A stretch of 64,000 nucleotides of DNA, taken from positions 1 through 64,000 of the IMG/VR virus record IMGVR_UViG_3300033069_001491. The stretch is one strand, 5' to 3'. The stretch's first letter is position 1, and the number at the start of each line of letters is the position of its first letter. Positions 18,068 through 28,151 of this stretch are shown here, piece after piece. The notes under the pieces were generated by a model. It did not search any database, was not told where the DNA came from, and saw only the letters and a program-made list of their open reading frames with translations. The stretch comes from a virus. Its lineage: Duplodnaviria; Caudoviricetes. The translations under genes were made by a program, and so were the position numbers.

Positions 18068-20020
18068 TCACCGTCCGCGGGCCGGCTGAGCCTTGCGCTT
18101 GGGTCCGACCTGAATGATCGGGTGGGCCGGGCGGCGACCTGCCTTGGTCGTCCGATCGTCGATCGTGATGTTGATGTCATCTGACTTCATGTTGTCGAGG
18201 TTGATAAACTGCAGCTTGTAACCTCCACCCGTCTGCCGGGTCTGAAGCACCTGTGTGGTCCTCCCGCGGTCGTCAGTGTAGTAGTAGAATTCCGGGTTGA
18301 AGAACAGCCTCATTCGCTTGCTAGATGGGCCTGCCACGTTGATGGTATTCTCGAAGAGCTCCTCGGCCAAGTACATGTTCGGGTACGGCTTCGGTGAACC
18401 TGCATGCGACACCAGTTCCTTCTGCAGGCGGTTTTTGTACCTGTCGAACCAGACGCGGAATTGAGCCGAGTAACCACTGCCTTGACCGTGGGCGTCGATG
18501 CTGGTCACTGCGTAGATCAACCCGGTGTCTCGACCTGTGTGAACATCCCAGTTGAACTCATCGTCGATCCAGAACGTGGCTGGCGAGTTGAGGTGCTCAA
18601 CGAGTCGCGGGTCTGGGCGTTCGTTGTACGGAAACTTGACGACAGAGTCATCAAAGTTGTATTGTTTCTGAAGCTCAAAGCATTCGTCGACGCTGTCACG
18701 CCGAAAGACCTGGAACTGCTTGATGTCGCGCTCGCGAGTGACCGGAAAGGCCCAGGTCACCATCAACTTGTTGGTCTGATAGTTCCAGGTGAAGTTGACG
18801 TCACCTGGCGGCTCAGGGGCTGAATCCTTTTGGGTCGTTACGTAGACCTTGTTCGACGGCTTACTGCTGACGAGGACCTGAATCGTTGCCACTTCTCCCG
18901 TCACGTCCTCGATGGCAGGCAACGTTAGCAAGGCGACTGTTCTGATCACGTAGCAATATTTGGCATTGAACTTGACGCGGTAATCTGCTGTCAGATGAAC
19001 GTGTGGGCTGTCAATGACGATAGGCGGATGCTTGATGAGGCCACCACGGGTGCTGACCTCGAACTTGTCAATGATGTATCCGACCAACTCAGCACCGTAC
19101 TTCTGCACGTGTGGGCTCGAACCATGGCGTCGAACGCGGAAGTACCGTACATACGTGCGATAGTCTCTTTCAGCGACAGACCCACGGCCGGCGGCCTGTT
19201 TCGCTTGTTTACTGGTAGGGTGCATGTTGACCAAATCGTTAGCATTGGTCGACAACGGATCGCGCATTGCCCTGTTGACCAGGTCGTGCATGAACTTGAC
19301 GTTCATCTGTGTATTGGTTGACACACGTTTGATATTGCGAAACGACTGGTTGTTGTACTTGACACCACGGCCTGGGCGAGCCAATGCCTTGCTTGTCGAG
19401 CGACCGACGAGCGCGTTGGCCGCCAGATGAAACGTCGCGCCACCAGTTACCTTGGGCATCGTCATGGCAGTGAAGATGAAGCCAGGTTTGATCCGCTCTG
19501 GTAAGGCCTTCGTCAGGCGCTGTGCAGCCTTGTGAGGACTGAGGTTAGGATCCGCAGGGTCATACAGCATCTGGGCAGTGACCGAACCCGAGACCAAGTG
19601 ATGTACCTTAGTGTCCAATTCGCCGTCGTGGAAGTGAACAGAATTGAACGTCTTAGACGCAAAGTCGTCCTCAGAGACAACTTTGTCGATGTGATCGAGG
19701 ATGAGGGAACCATTCTGCTGACCCGTCGTCCTGAACGAATTGTCGCGCATGGCCTGCTCACTCAACAGGTTGCCGACGTCGGCCAACTTAGGTTTGGTCC
19801 ACTGAAACACCACCACTCGCGGAGCTCGAGACGTCGAATACTGGATGAAATTTGAGTCGATCTCTGCCCCTGAGCGTGTCAGAAACGCCGCGGGTACTCC
19901 ACCTGAGCCGTTGACGCTCTCGTCAGGAGTGAAGAAGTTATAGCGGAATGTCCCCTTGAACTTCCTCACCTCAGGAACATCAATGACGTAGATCGGGTGG
20001 GAGGGGTGGGAAATGCTCAT
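18068..20020 (-). CDS. Putative virion structural protein with FN3/Ig-like segments
   Basis: 650 aa in a coupled structural operon; KYCYVIRTV, PEPPGDVNFTW..LMVTW and LIYAVTSID beta-sandwich-like motifs. Confidence 0.55.
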   Translation of the reverse strand: MSISHPSHPIYVIDVPEVRKFKGTFRYNFFTPDESVNGSGGVPAAFLTRSGAEIDSNFIQYSTSRAPRVVVFQWTKPKLADVGNLLSEQAMRDNSFRTTGQQNGSLILDHIDKVVSEDDFASKTFNSVHFHDGELDTKVHHLVSGSVTAQMLYDPADPNLSPHKAAQRLTKALPERIKPGFIFTAMTMPKVTGGATFHLAANALVGRSTSKALARPGRGVKYNNQSFRNIKRVSTNTQMNVKFMHDLVNRAMRDPLSTNANDLVNMHPTSKQAKQAAGRGSVAERDYRTYVRYFRVRRHGSSPHVQKYGAELVGYIIDKFEVSTRGGLIKHPPIVIDSPHVHLTADYRVKFNAKYCYVIRTVALLTLPAIEDVTGEVATIQVLVSSKPSNKVYVTTQKDSAPEPPGDVNFTWNYQTNKLMVTWAFPVTRERDIKQFQVFRRDSVDECFELQKQYNFDDSVVKFPYNERPDPRLVEHLNSPATFWIDDEFNWDVHTGRDTGLIYAVTSIDAHGQGSGYSAQFRVWFDRYKNRLQKELVSHAGSPKPYPNMYLAEELFENTINVAGPSSKRMRLFFNPEFYYYTDDRGRTTQVLQTRQTGGGYKLQFINLDNMKSDDINITIDDRTTKAGRRPAHPIIQVGPKRKAQPARGR

Positions 20021-23000
20021 TCGTCGTTCTCCTCCAGCGTCTCGACGGTGATGAAGTATTTATCAGTCACCAAGTCGCCTCGTGTCTGGTCACGTTCACG
20101 CAACTTAAAATTGTTGACATTGTGAAAGAACCGCCCTCGTGGCGGCCGCCGGCCCATGTCAACTGTTTCAGGCGTCAGGGCTTGTAGGTTCTTGGAGCGC
20201 TGAGTCATCGGGTCAACTGACACTACCTCACCGTGTCTGATTAGAAGCTCAAGAGCCTGTCGCCCGTATGGAGTTGCCAGCGTCTTCTTGACGTCGATCT
20301 CGAAGTCATTAGCATCAATGATGATGTTGAAGACGCGGTCGAACAACCTCGGCGACAGCACGCGCGCTCGTGTTGCCTCAGTACGGGTGTACTGGGTGAA
20401 GGAGCTAGCTAGTTGCGAGCAGGTGCGAAGCGTCGCCGCTGCTGCACGAGCGTGCTTGGGTCCCAGCAACTCCAAGTTCTCTTTGAGCGAACCTACGCTC
20501 GACTGCTGGTCCCTGTTCCTAACGGGGGCGCCTTGTTGCCGGGTCGAACCGAATTGGGCCTCACCCTGCATGTCACCTGCGGTACCCGCAGGGTTACTCA
20601 TCGCTGGTCGAGTCTGACCGCGGTCACCCCTCTTCGGTGGAGGATTAGCGGTGCGCGCCCCGGTCGATGAGAACAGCACTCCTCCTGTCGGCGGGGCGTC
20701 CTCCGAAGGGACAGCGACTCCCGACCTTGCAACCATGTTTGAGATTGCGTACGTGGCCAGTGAACCTACCAGTCCCCTGTCGCTCACTGAAGGCAGTTCA
20801 TCGACGTAATACGAGTGCTCAGCGACATTGATGCCCGTTAGCATCCGAACGTAAACCTCCAGCATGTGACTGAGGGTGTGATTGTGAAGGATCTGTGTTT
20901 TCTGTGCCGGTGTCAGGAACGAGTATGATTCACCATTGAAGGCAGAACGCAGGTGTTGGGCGCCCTGTTGACCTGCGATGGCGGCGGCCGCGTATTCGAC
21001 GTTGATCGTCACCTGCGTTCCGTCAAAGTTGAAATTTTGAGTCGGCACAGCATTGATGATGTCGGCGACGGTTGGCTTGTCGCGCAGGGGCAGCCAGTGG
21101 TCTGTCGAGAACCTGATCGGAAACCGCGACAGTTCAAACAAAAACCTGACAGGCTTGTAGATGATATCAGTGTTCTGCATGTCAACACGATAGACCACGA
21201 CCTGTACGATGTCCCCTTCCTTTTCCTGCTGGCTAGCGTTTTTCTTGTTCGGTTCACCCTGTTGCTTCAGGTACTGCGTGAAGCCATGTGGAATCCCCAC
21301 CGTCATGATTCTCTTGTTCAGGCCTTGTGCGGCAGCATAGTCACCTTCTGAAAAAAAGCTAAGGATGGCGTGTTCCATCTCCTCAGCTACGTCAGACTCG
21401 TCAAAGACAGCAAGGTCGTCCTCTACCGTGGGCAAAGAACCGCGCCGGCGAGTACGTGGTTTGGGTTCATCCTCATTGTTCTCACGTCGTCGAGACTTAA
21501 ATGCTGACGAGATGCTCAACAACGTAGACGACAACAGCATGATTTGCTGTTCGGTCAGCAACGAGCGCAAATCCCGAGTGCTGCCGCCCAAGCTGCCTAC
21601 AAGCTCTGTCAACTTGCTACGCGCGAGGTCGCTATTGAAGTAATTGCTAGTTTGGCTGGCCATACGCGAGGTCGCCATCAAAGCACTAGTGAAGGTGATG
21701 ATCAGCTGACGCACCAGGTCACCTTCCTTGTTGTGACGCTGAATGATGTCGTTGAATGATGACGCGTGGTTGGTCGTCGAACGTGACACTGCAAATGTCA
21801 ACTGTCCATGTGATGAACCCGACAACCCCCGGTAAACACCCACAATCTGTTGGCCGCTGTACCGGGCGACTACTGCGATGGCAAGATCAAATGCGATCAT
21901 CATGATGACGGTGTCAAGATAACCGCCATAACGGGTGTAACTGTCATTGATCGCTGTCGTGCGGTTTTTGAACCAGTTGATGACGGCGCTCATGAACTGC
22001 TCGACTAGGCGCGTCAGCACGGTCCCAGACTTGAAGGCATGTTTGATGCTGTCTGGCGTCAGAGACGTGGTGTTCAGTCCCCGATTGAGACCAGGTTGCG
22101 TCACCAATTGCACGGTTGACCTCGTCGTCGGCACTGTAGCCTCTAGCGAGGCTACCAACCGGTCGATAAGGTTGTCGACCAACGGGGTGTTGTCCTGTGA
22201 CTGGTTAGAATTCAGGAACTGAACGTTGTTCCCGTAAGCACGTGAGATCTTGCTCATCGTGTACATGAACAGAATCGTCTTAACCTTGTTGTCGGTCTTG
22301 GCCAACGCATAGACAGAACCCAGCTCATCGTTGGCAACGTTGTTCAGAACCTTACCATTGTTAGTGTCGATGAGCCGTGACGCTAGCTCAAATACTGTGT
22401 CACTGGGGTGCTTCAGGAAGCTGGCATTCGCATCGCGCGTTGACTCGCCTCGACGAACGTCGAACCTTGATGGAATCATCAGCAAATTGAGACCGTCGAC
22501 GATGATCAACAACTGGTTGAGCTGTTCTTCTGTAAGCTTCAGCAGCTCTTCGCACCCAGAAGTGTCGAAGCCCTTGGAGGTGGCATGCTCCATAATCTTG
22601 TCAAAGAAGTACTCGCCACCTGGCGCCAGCGTCCCAGTGCCTCCCTCGATCGGTCGAGGTTCGAACGTCAACACGCCAACGCTCGCAGAAGGAGTCACTT
22701 GTGCGACGCCGGCCATCGACCGGTCGTTTCCGGGTGACAGGTCGTCGATGTTGTTGCCGAATGAACCTAGCACCGACTCGAACAGAGTCGAGTTCCCGCG
22801 GTCGGCGACCTGATAACCGTACGACTTTTGCAAGGCCTGCTTGACAGCTGACAACGACAGGCCCACCGAGTACCGGTATTCACGGGAGATGATGTGCGAA
22901 AGGGCAGCGATACGTGCTTCATCGCTCTTGAAATACGCATTCTGATAGATGCTACCGAACGCCGACTGCAACGTATTGACAGTCTGCGGGATTGCCGCGA

Positions 23001-24171
23001 CCTGCAAGTTGATGAGTTCGGAGATGGGCGGCAGCTCGTGACCAATCGCCGCAATTCCGAAGTGTTTGACCTGAGGCCTCAAGATGTTTGACGGGCTGTT
23101 GTCGCGTCGCTGGTGTGTTGGGGCAATGTCGAGCAGCTGGAATGAGTGGTTCTCGAGGATCTGCCTCAACTCGAACAGGGTCTGCAACCAGATTTTCGAC
23201 GAACAGAAAACACTAACGTTTGCAGACGTATAGCCAAGGTCCTTCATGCAGTCACTGAAGTCAAAAGCGTGTCGGTTGCCCAATGACACCAGCATCTCGA
23301 CAAGATCGATGTGCGGGTTGACAGATGTTGAGAGCTGATGCTGACGGAAGTTCTTCGCGATGAATTGAGCGATGATGGTCGGATCTTTGACCTGGTACGC
23401 GCCGTGACGCAGGTCGAGACGCTTCTTGTTGTTCTCGATGACGCGAACGGCGTTCAATAGGAACATCGAGTCCTCACGCAGGCGTTGAACGTCGTTTCTA
23501 AACGTAGCCTCACGTTCGTCCAGGATGCGATCCAGGTGTGGGTAGCGTTGGCGGAGGACGCCCAACATGCGTGTCATCTGATCGGTCTGCAGGCTACGCA
23601 TCTGGAACTGTGTCTCCACGTACCTACCGGCGGCCGTCATTGATCGGTCGAACCCACTGCGAGCATTGCGCTCTGAATGTTCTGAGTGTACCTCACCCGA
23701 GCCCTTGTTGAACAACGGGTGAAAGTTGGTCAGCATGATGACCTCGGGACGCTCCTTCACGACACCAGTACGCAGCTCCAGATTGCTAAGCCGAGCCACC
23801 GTCCCCCTGGCATCAGAGTCCACGTCAGGTTGAAATGTTGGGCCAGAGTCGAGTGTCAGATTGTAGGTGGGTACGATCTGGTTAGTCTGTGACTCGAGAG
23901 GGAAGAGGAACGTCGGGTCTGTGACCATCATCTCAGCAATGTCATTGAGCGTCGTGTTCTGGATGTGGGTCACAGAACCCGACCCATGCAACATCACCGG
24001 GACAGGAATCGACGCATCGCCCACAGGAAGGGCACCACCCGAGTCACTATCCTGTGTGGAAGACGTTTGCTGAACAACCTGGTACTCTACGGAGTCAACG
24101 GGTGAAGGTTGGATCTGGATATTGCCCATGCCAGCGAAGCTTCCGTTGTTGGCGCGCAGTGATCGAATCAT
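20017..24171 (-). CDS. Large hypothetical protein (1384 aa), probably virion structural
   Basis: Long ORF with ATGA overlaps at both ends within the structural operon; no recognisable enzyme motif. Confidence 0.6.
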   Translation of the reverse strand: MIRSLRANNGSFAGMGNIQIQPSPVDSVEYQVVQQTSSTQDSDSGGALPVGDASIPVPVMLHGSGSVTHIQNTTLNDIAEMMVTDPTFLFPLESQTNQIVPTYNLTLDSGPTFQPDVDSDARGTVARLSNLELRTGVVKERPEVIMLTNFHPLFNKGSGEVHSEHSERNARSGFDRSMTAAGRYVETQFQMRSLQTDQMTRMLGVLRQRYPHLDRILDEREATFRNDVQRLREDSMFLLNAVRVIENNKKRLDLRHGAYQVKDPTIIAQFIAKNFRQHQLSTSVNPHIDLVEMLVSLGNRHAFDFSDCMKDLGYTSANVSVFCSSKIWLQTLFELRQILENHSFQLLDIAPTHQRRDNSPSNILRPQVKHFGIAAIGHELPPISELINLQVAAIPQTVNTLQSAFGSIYQNAYFKSDEARIAALSHIISREYRYSVGLSLSAVKQALQKSYGYQVADRGNSTLFESVLGSFGNNIDDLSPGNDRSMAGVAQVTPSASVGVLTFEPRPIEGGTGTLAPGGEYFFDKIMEHATSKGFDTSGCEELLKLTEEQLNQLLIIVDGLNLLMIPSRFDVRRGESTRDANASFLKHPSDTVFELASRLIDTNNGKVLNNVANDELGSVYALAKTDNKVKTILFMYTMSKISRAYGNNVQFLNSNQSQDNTPLVDNLIDRLVASLEATVPTTRSTVQLVTQPGLNRGLNTTSLTPDSIKHAFKSGTVLTRLVEQFMSAVINWFKNRTTAINDSYTRYGGYLDTVIMMIAFDLAIAVVARYSGQQIVGVYRGLSGSSHGQLTFAVSRSTTNHASSFNDIIQRHNKEGDLVRQLIITFTSALMATSRMASQTSNYFNSDLARSKLTELVGSLGGSTRDLRSLLTEQQIMLLSSTLLSISSAFKSRRRENNEDEPKPRTRRRGSLPTVEDDLAVFDESDVAEEMEHAILSFFSEGDYAAAQGLNKRIMTVGIPHGFTQYLKQQGEPNKKNASQQEKEGDIVQVVVYRVDMQNTDIIYKPVRFLFELSRFPIRFSTDHWLPLRDKPTVADIINAVPTQNFNFDGTQVTINVEYAAAAIAGQQGAQHLRSAFNGESYSFLTPAQKTQILHNHTLSHMLEVYVRMLTGINVAEHSYYVDELPSVSDRGLVGSLATYAISNMVARSGVAVPSEDAPPTGGVLFSSTGARTANPPPKRGDRGQTRPAMSNPAGTAGDMQGEAQFGSTRQQGAPVRNRDQQSSVGSLKENLELLGPKHARAAAATLRTCSQLASSFTQYTRTEATRARVLSPRLFDRVFNIIIDANDFEIDVKKTLATPYGRQALELLIRHGEVVSVDPMTQRSKNLQALTPETVDMGRRPPRGRFFHNVNNFKLRERDQTRGDLVTDKYFITVETLEENDE

Positions 24172-26642
24172 CGTGCCTCTACAATCAGTGAGTTTGTCAC
24201 GCCTTCGGGACCCAGCTTGTAATCGTTATAGATCGGCATGATGACATATTGGATGACGCCCACGTCATGACGCCGTAAGCAGTGGATGTACTGGCAGCTA
24301 CCATTTGGGAAAGACGTGTGTGCCTTGCCCAAGACAGTCCGAATCCCATGGACCTGCTTCATGATGAGAAAGTGGTCGATCTGATCAATGTCACCCAAGA
24401 TACCCCAGGTGATCAGGTTGGTGAATCTGTCGAACGTCGAGGCCGTCGGATCAAGCACTTTCGCAGTGTCAGTGTCAAACGACACCTCGGTTGTCACGAT
24501 CGATCCAATCACGCCATACGACATCGGATCCTTCGCATGACGCATGCGGGCACCCGAGGTCGACACCATGACACCACGGCGCAGGGTGAACGGATGACGA
24601 AACTTGGCTGGCTTATAGGCGTACGACTTCTTCGTCACCACGTCTGTGGCGGTCTTCACAAAGTCGTCGAACAACGTTTCAGGGGCCCTCAGAAGCGGAT
24701 AGACCTCATACCGATACCGATGTCCATACTCCAGTTGCTTCACTGCTTGCTTTTTTCTGAGGGCACCATCGTCAAACTGAGTGGCTGTCAGGATGCCGAA
24801 GTCCTCGCGCCGGCCGGTCGTCAGGTCAACCCGTTGCACATTGTGAGCGATCAGGCTCTCTAGTTGATCTCGTTGGTTCTCAATGTCACCAGTGAAGTAA
24901 CCCGCCAGGCCTTGCTTTTCAAGCATCTGCTTGATGAGGTCAAGGTCGCTGGCCACCGTCCTCGTGGTGATATTGAACGTGACGTTGGGAGCCTCGTCGT
25001 GGCTGACCAACAGATCCTCAACTCGCGTGTCGACCTGCCCAGGTGCAGGACGCAAGAAGTCAACGATGGCATCACCGCATTCAGCTGTCAACCCATCACG
25101 GTAGATCAACCTAACGCGGTACCGGTAGACGTTATCAGGTGAGATGGTCGTGTCAATCGTCGTCAGCAGGTCTGCCTGCCTGATAGAATCATCGATGAAA
25201 CCCACGTCCGTGCCAACTGACGTTGGGACCGTCTCATGGTTTGTTGTGTTCCACCTCAGGAACTGCACGGCGACAACATTGGTGGGGATCCTACGAATAT
25301 CCAATCGTGCTCCCGTGTCAACCTGCATCGCGGTCAAAGACACTGACTTCACCGGCTTGTAGCGCATGGGTCGCACTGCCACGTTAGTGTACTCAAATCC
25401 CTGAATTGACTGTTGTCCAACAGTGACGACGCGGTACAATGCCGGTGAAGAGTGTGGCATGTCGACCTGTACTAGCAGCGACTGGTCACGTGATGACAAC
25501 AGATAGGTGCCGATGAGCGTGTAGCTGTCAACCTCAGTCGACGAGATCCAAAACGACTTCTTGTAGATGTGGACCTCAGTCGCCCCCTTGTCGACCTGCT
25601 TGATCTCGAGGTTGACCCGTCCCGACTGCCCCGACGGGGCAAACCTGACTTTGGGTGGGACTTTGGGCGTATTGAAGATGCGTAGGTGACGTGCCACGTC
25701 CAACACCTTGGTCACCGTGTCAATGGGTAGATTAGACGCGCTATCGATCAATTCAAATGTGACGTACAGTTGGGTGACGGGCGAACCTTCTGACCACCGG
25801 CGTTGGGCCGGGATCACAATCGGCAAGGTGATCGTCACCTCGTCACTGCTCACCGACTGAATGACCTGTACCAGATCATTATCGACAATTTCGTCAGTTG
25901 TGGTTGGAATTGACCCGTGGACCGGCGGAAAGAGGTAGTGATTGAGCAATCGGGATGAAGGATCCGTTGACCTCTCTTCGGCCCGCTTAGTATTCGACAG
26001 GCCTCCTCTCGTTGTCACCTCGGAAGACGCACGCGGCGTCAGGTTCAACACGTGGGTAGGATCCAAGCCTTGACGCGTGATCATGTCATGAATCAGGGCT
26101 TGAGGAGAGACGCCTGCAGACGACGTCATGGCCTGTTGCAGGTCGGGAACAAGCGCGCTAAAGGCGACCCTGTGTAACACAGGTTGTGGATTGTTTCCCT
26201 GCTTAATGCTGCCCGCGCTAGCGAGCACCAACCTGGATTTTGTCAAGCTTGGGATTCGTGTGATCGGGACCTGCGACCTGAGCTGCGGAATGATCTCATT
26301 GTTAATTCCGACAGTGATGTCACTGTCTCGCTGAGCGACGACATGCTTCAGCTGTTGTTCTGCAGCGGTCTTCGCATCAATCATCGTCGAACGCAAATTA
26401 TTGATGAGCGCACGAACGTCGACGCGACCGCGCTGTGTCTGGCCCATCGTGTGCTTCTTAGAGATTGAACGCGACTCGACAGTCACCCTCACCAACGTGG
26501 ACGCACGTTGGACGACCTTGCTCTGCGAGACAGAGTAGGCAAACTGGAATCCAAGGCTGCCGTCGTCATGGACCGAAGCGAGGTGAGCGAAATCGTCTTC
26601 CACCTGCAAAATCTGTGCCTGTCGATCGATCCGAAAATACAT
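24168..26642 (-). CDS. Putative virion structural protein with FN3/Ig-like segments (824 aa)
   Basis: ALYRVVTV, NVYRYRVRLIY and HRYRYEVYPL motifs; operon context. Confidence 0.6.
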   Translation of the reverse strand: MYFRIDRQAQILQVEDDFAHLASVHDDGSLGFQFAYSVSQSKVVQRASTLVRVTVESRSISKKHTMGQTQRGRVDVRALINNLRSTMIDAKTAAEQQLKHVVAQRDSDITVGINNEIIPQLRSQVPITRIPSLTKSRLVLASAGSIKQGNNPQPVLHRVAFSALVPDLQQAMTSSAGVSPQALIHDMITRQGLDPTHVLNLTPRASSEVTTRGGLSNTKRAEERSTDPSSRLLNHYLFPPVHGSIPTTTDEIVDNDLVQVIQSVSSDEVTITLPIVIPAQRRWSEGSPVTQLYVTFELIDSASNLPIDTVTKVLDVARHLRIFNTPKVPPKVRFAPSGQSGRVNLEIKQVDKGATEVHIYKKSFWISSTEVDSYTLIGTYLLSSRDQSLLVQVDMPHSSPALYRVVTVGQQSIQGFEYTNVAVRPMRYKPVKSVSLTAMQVDTGARLDIRRIPTNVVAVQFLRWNTTNHETVPTSVGTDVGFIDDSIRQADLLTTIDTTISPDNVYRYRVRLIYRDGLTAECGDAIVDFLRPAPGQVDTRVEDLLVSHDEAPNVTFNITTRTVASDLDLIKQMLEKQGLAGYFTGDIENQRDQLESLIAHNVQRVDLTTGRREDFGILTATQFDDGALRKKQAVKQLEYGHRYRYEVYPLLRAPETLFDDFVKTATDVVTKKSYAYKPAKFRHPFTLRRGVMVSTSGARMRHAKDPMSYGVIGSIVTTEVSFDTDTAKVLDPTASTFDRFTNLITWGILGDIDQIDHFLIMKQVHGIRTVLGKAHTSFPNGSCQYIHCLRRHDVGVIQYVIMPIYNDYKLGPEGVTNSLIVEAR

Positions 26643-26648
26643 GCCGCC

Positions 26649-27671
26649 TCACTCAAAGACTAGCGTGAACAGGTGAATAAACGTGTCAGTTCCTTTTTCG
26701 TCCACCTCGACCTTACCGACGAAAAAGATGTGTGCAGTGGGTGATGCAGGGTTTCCAGTATTGTGAATGCCATAGTCAATGACGTCGAGCTTTCTCAACG
26801 TGTTCCCTGAACGTTCGAAGAACTGTCCGACTAGCTTGTTGTTGGCTGATGTCGGGTCAAAATTGATGGTGCTCGAGTAACCTTGCATCTGGAAGTGTCG
26901 CAGCTCGAACATGATCTGATCGTACTTGAGGCGAATGATCTGTACCCTTCCCAACGACGGGAAGTGTGCCAAATAGAGGTGCTTCAGGGTCCTGTGATCA
27001 GTGCGAGATGCACGTTGACTAGCGAGGGTACCCTCGCTGTTCTTGTTGACAGGAGGAAGGTACTTGAAGTTCTGCTTGTGGCTGAGGCGCGGGTCAGTGT
27101 TCAGGCTGTCGTGCGAGGTGATGTGTGTCGTGTGCTCACTGGTGCCTGCAAGTGGGCGATCATCATGAATGACGTACGTAATGTCACGTGAGCCGATCGC
27201 AAACTTGTCGTCATCAAACACCTTGTCATGTGTTGCGAGCAGGTACAACCGTTTGAAGTTGTCGGCAGAGGAGGCCAGCAACGCCTCAGACTGGCTAGAA
27301 AAGTTGACACCTCTAAGCAGGGAAACGTTCTGAGATGGGACACTTCCCCTGTTCTGCGTCATCGGAGTAAACGCATATGACATGATACGGCCGTTGGCCG
27401 TGCTAATTCCAGCAGCGTTCTTGAACGACAACAGACTACCGTCTTCGTCGGCCTGAAAGGTGATCTCATCCTGTGGCAACTGACACGCTTCCAAGTAGAT
27501 GCGTTGTGTAGCGTCCTGGCTGCCACTCAACACGTCGGGGCTGTAAAACGTTGTCCCATCCGTGAACGTCACGTGTTGGATGTCGATGCCGCCACGTGCG
27601 AGTTGTCGCCGACCTTCTGCTGTGATCACGGTGTCGATGACGCGTGTCTTGTTGTCGAGGATGCCTGACAT
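26649..27671 (-). CDS. Virion structural protein, paralog of 16931..17647
   Basis: MSGILDNKTRVIDTVITAEGRRQLARGGIDIQHVTFTDG N-terminus. Confidence 0.65.
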   Translation of the reverse strand: MSGILDNKTRVIDTVITAEGRRQLARGGIDIQHVTFTDGTTFYSPDVLSGSQDATQRIYLEACQLPQDEITFQADEDGSLLSFKNAAGISTANGRIMSYAFTPMTQNRGSVPSQNVSLLRGVNFSSQSEALLASSADNFKRLYLLATHDKVFDDDKFAIGSRDITYVIHDDRPLAGTSEHTTHITSHDSLNTDPRLSHKQNFKYLPPVNKNSEGTLASQRASRTDHRTLKHLYLAHFPSLGRVQIIRLKYDQIMFELRHFQMQGYSSTINFDPTSANNKLVGQFFERSGNTLRKLDVIDYGIHNTGNPASPTAHIFFVGKVEVDEKGTDTFIHLFTLVFE

Positions 27672-27710
27672 CTACGACAAGTATAATCCAAGGCGCGCTC
27701 GCGGACCACC

Positions 27711-28145
27711 TCAGCCGCGGCGGACGCGGATGGAACGCGGCTGCATACGTTGCGAAGAGTACGATTTCCGGAAGCGGGTGACATCCCTGACTGGCAGTGG
27801 CGCTTCCGCAGGTGTTTCAGGGATCGGAAATGGATCCCAAGCCCCCGGCCCGATGCCTTGATCAACGTTAGGTGAACCCGGACCGGTGACTGTGAAGCGA
27901 TCGTGGTTTTCGTTCACGGTCGTTGTCACGCCCCACGAGTAAGCATTACCCTGCCACGAACCCGTGGAAGTGGACAAAGATGAGGTGACCACGTTGCCTC
28001 CCCACGTGTTAGCGAGACCGCTCCACGAACCTGTCATCGTTGACGGAACGGTGACATTAGCTGTAGCGCCCGCCGTGTTAGCGTAGGGATACCACGAACC
28101 AGTGTAGAATGAAGTCGCTGACGAAATTTCAATGATGTTGCCCAT
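27711..28145 (-). CDS. Ser/Thr/Gly-rich hypothetical protein sharing a C-terminal motif with 33884..35470
   Basis: Ends DVTRFRKSYSSQRMQPRSIRVRRG; starts 6 nt after the 28152 stop. Confidence 0.65.
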   Translation of the reverse strand: MGNIIEISSATSFYTGSWYPYANTAGATANVTVPSTMTGSWSGLANTWGGNVVTSSLSTSTGSWQGNAYSWGVTTTVNENHDRFTVTGPGSPNVDQGIGPGAWDPFPIPETPAEAPLPVRDVTRFRKSYSSQRMQPRSIRVRRG

Positions 28146-28151
28146 ATCGCC

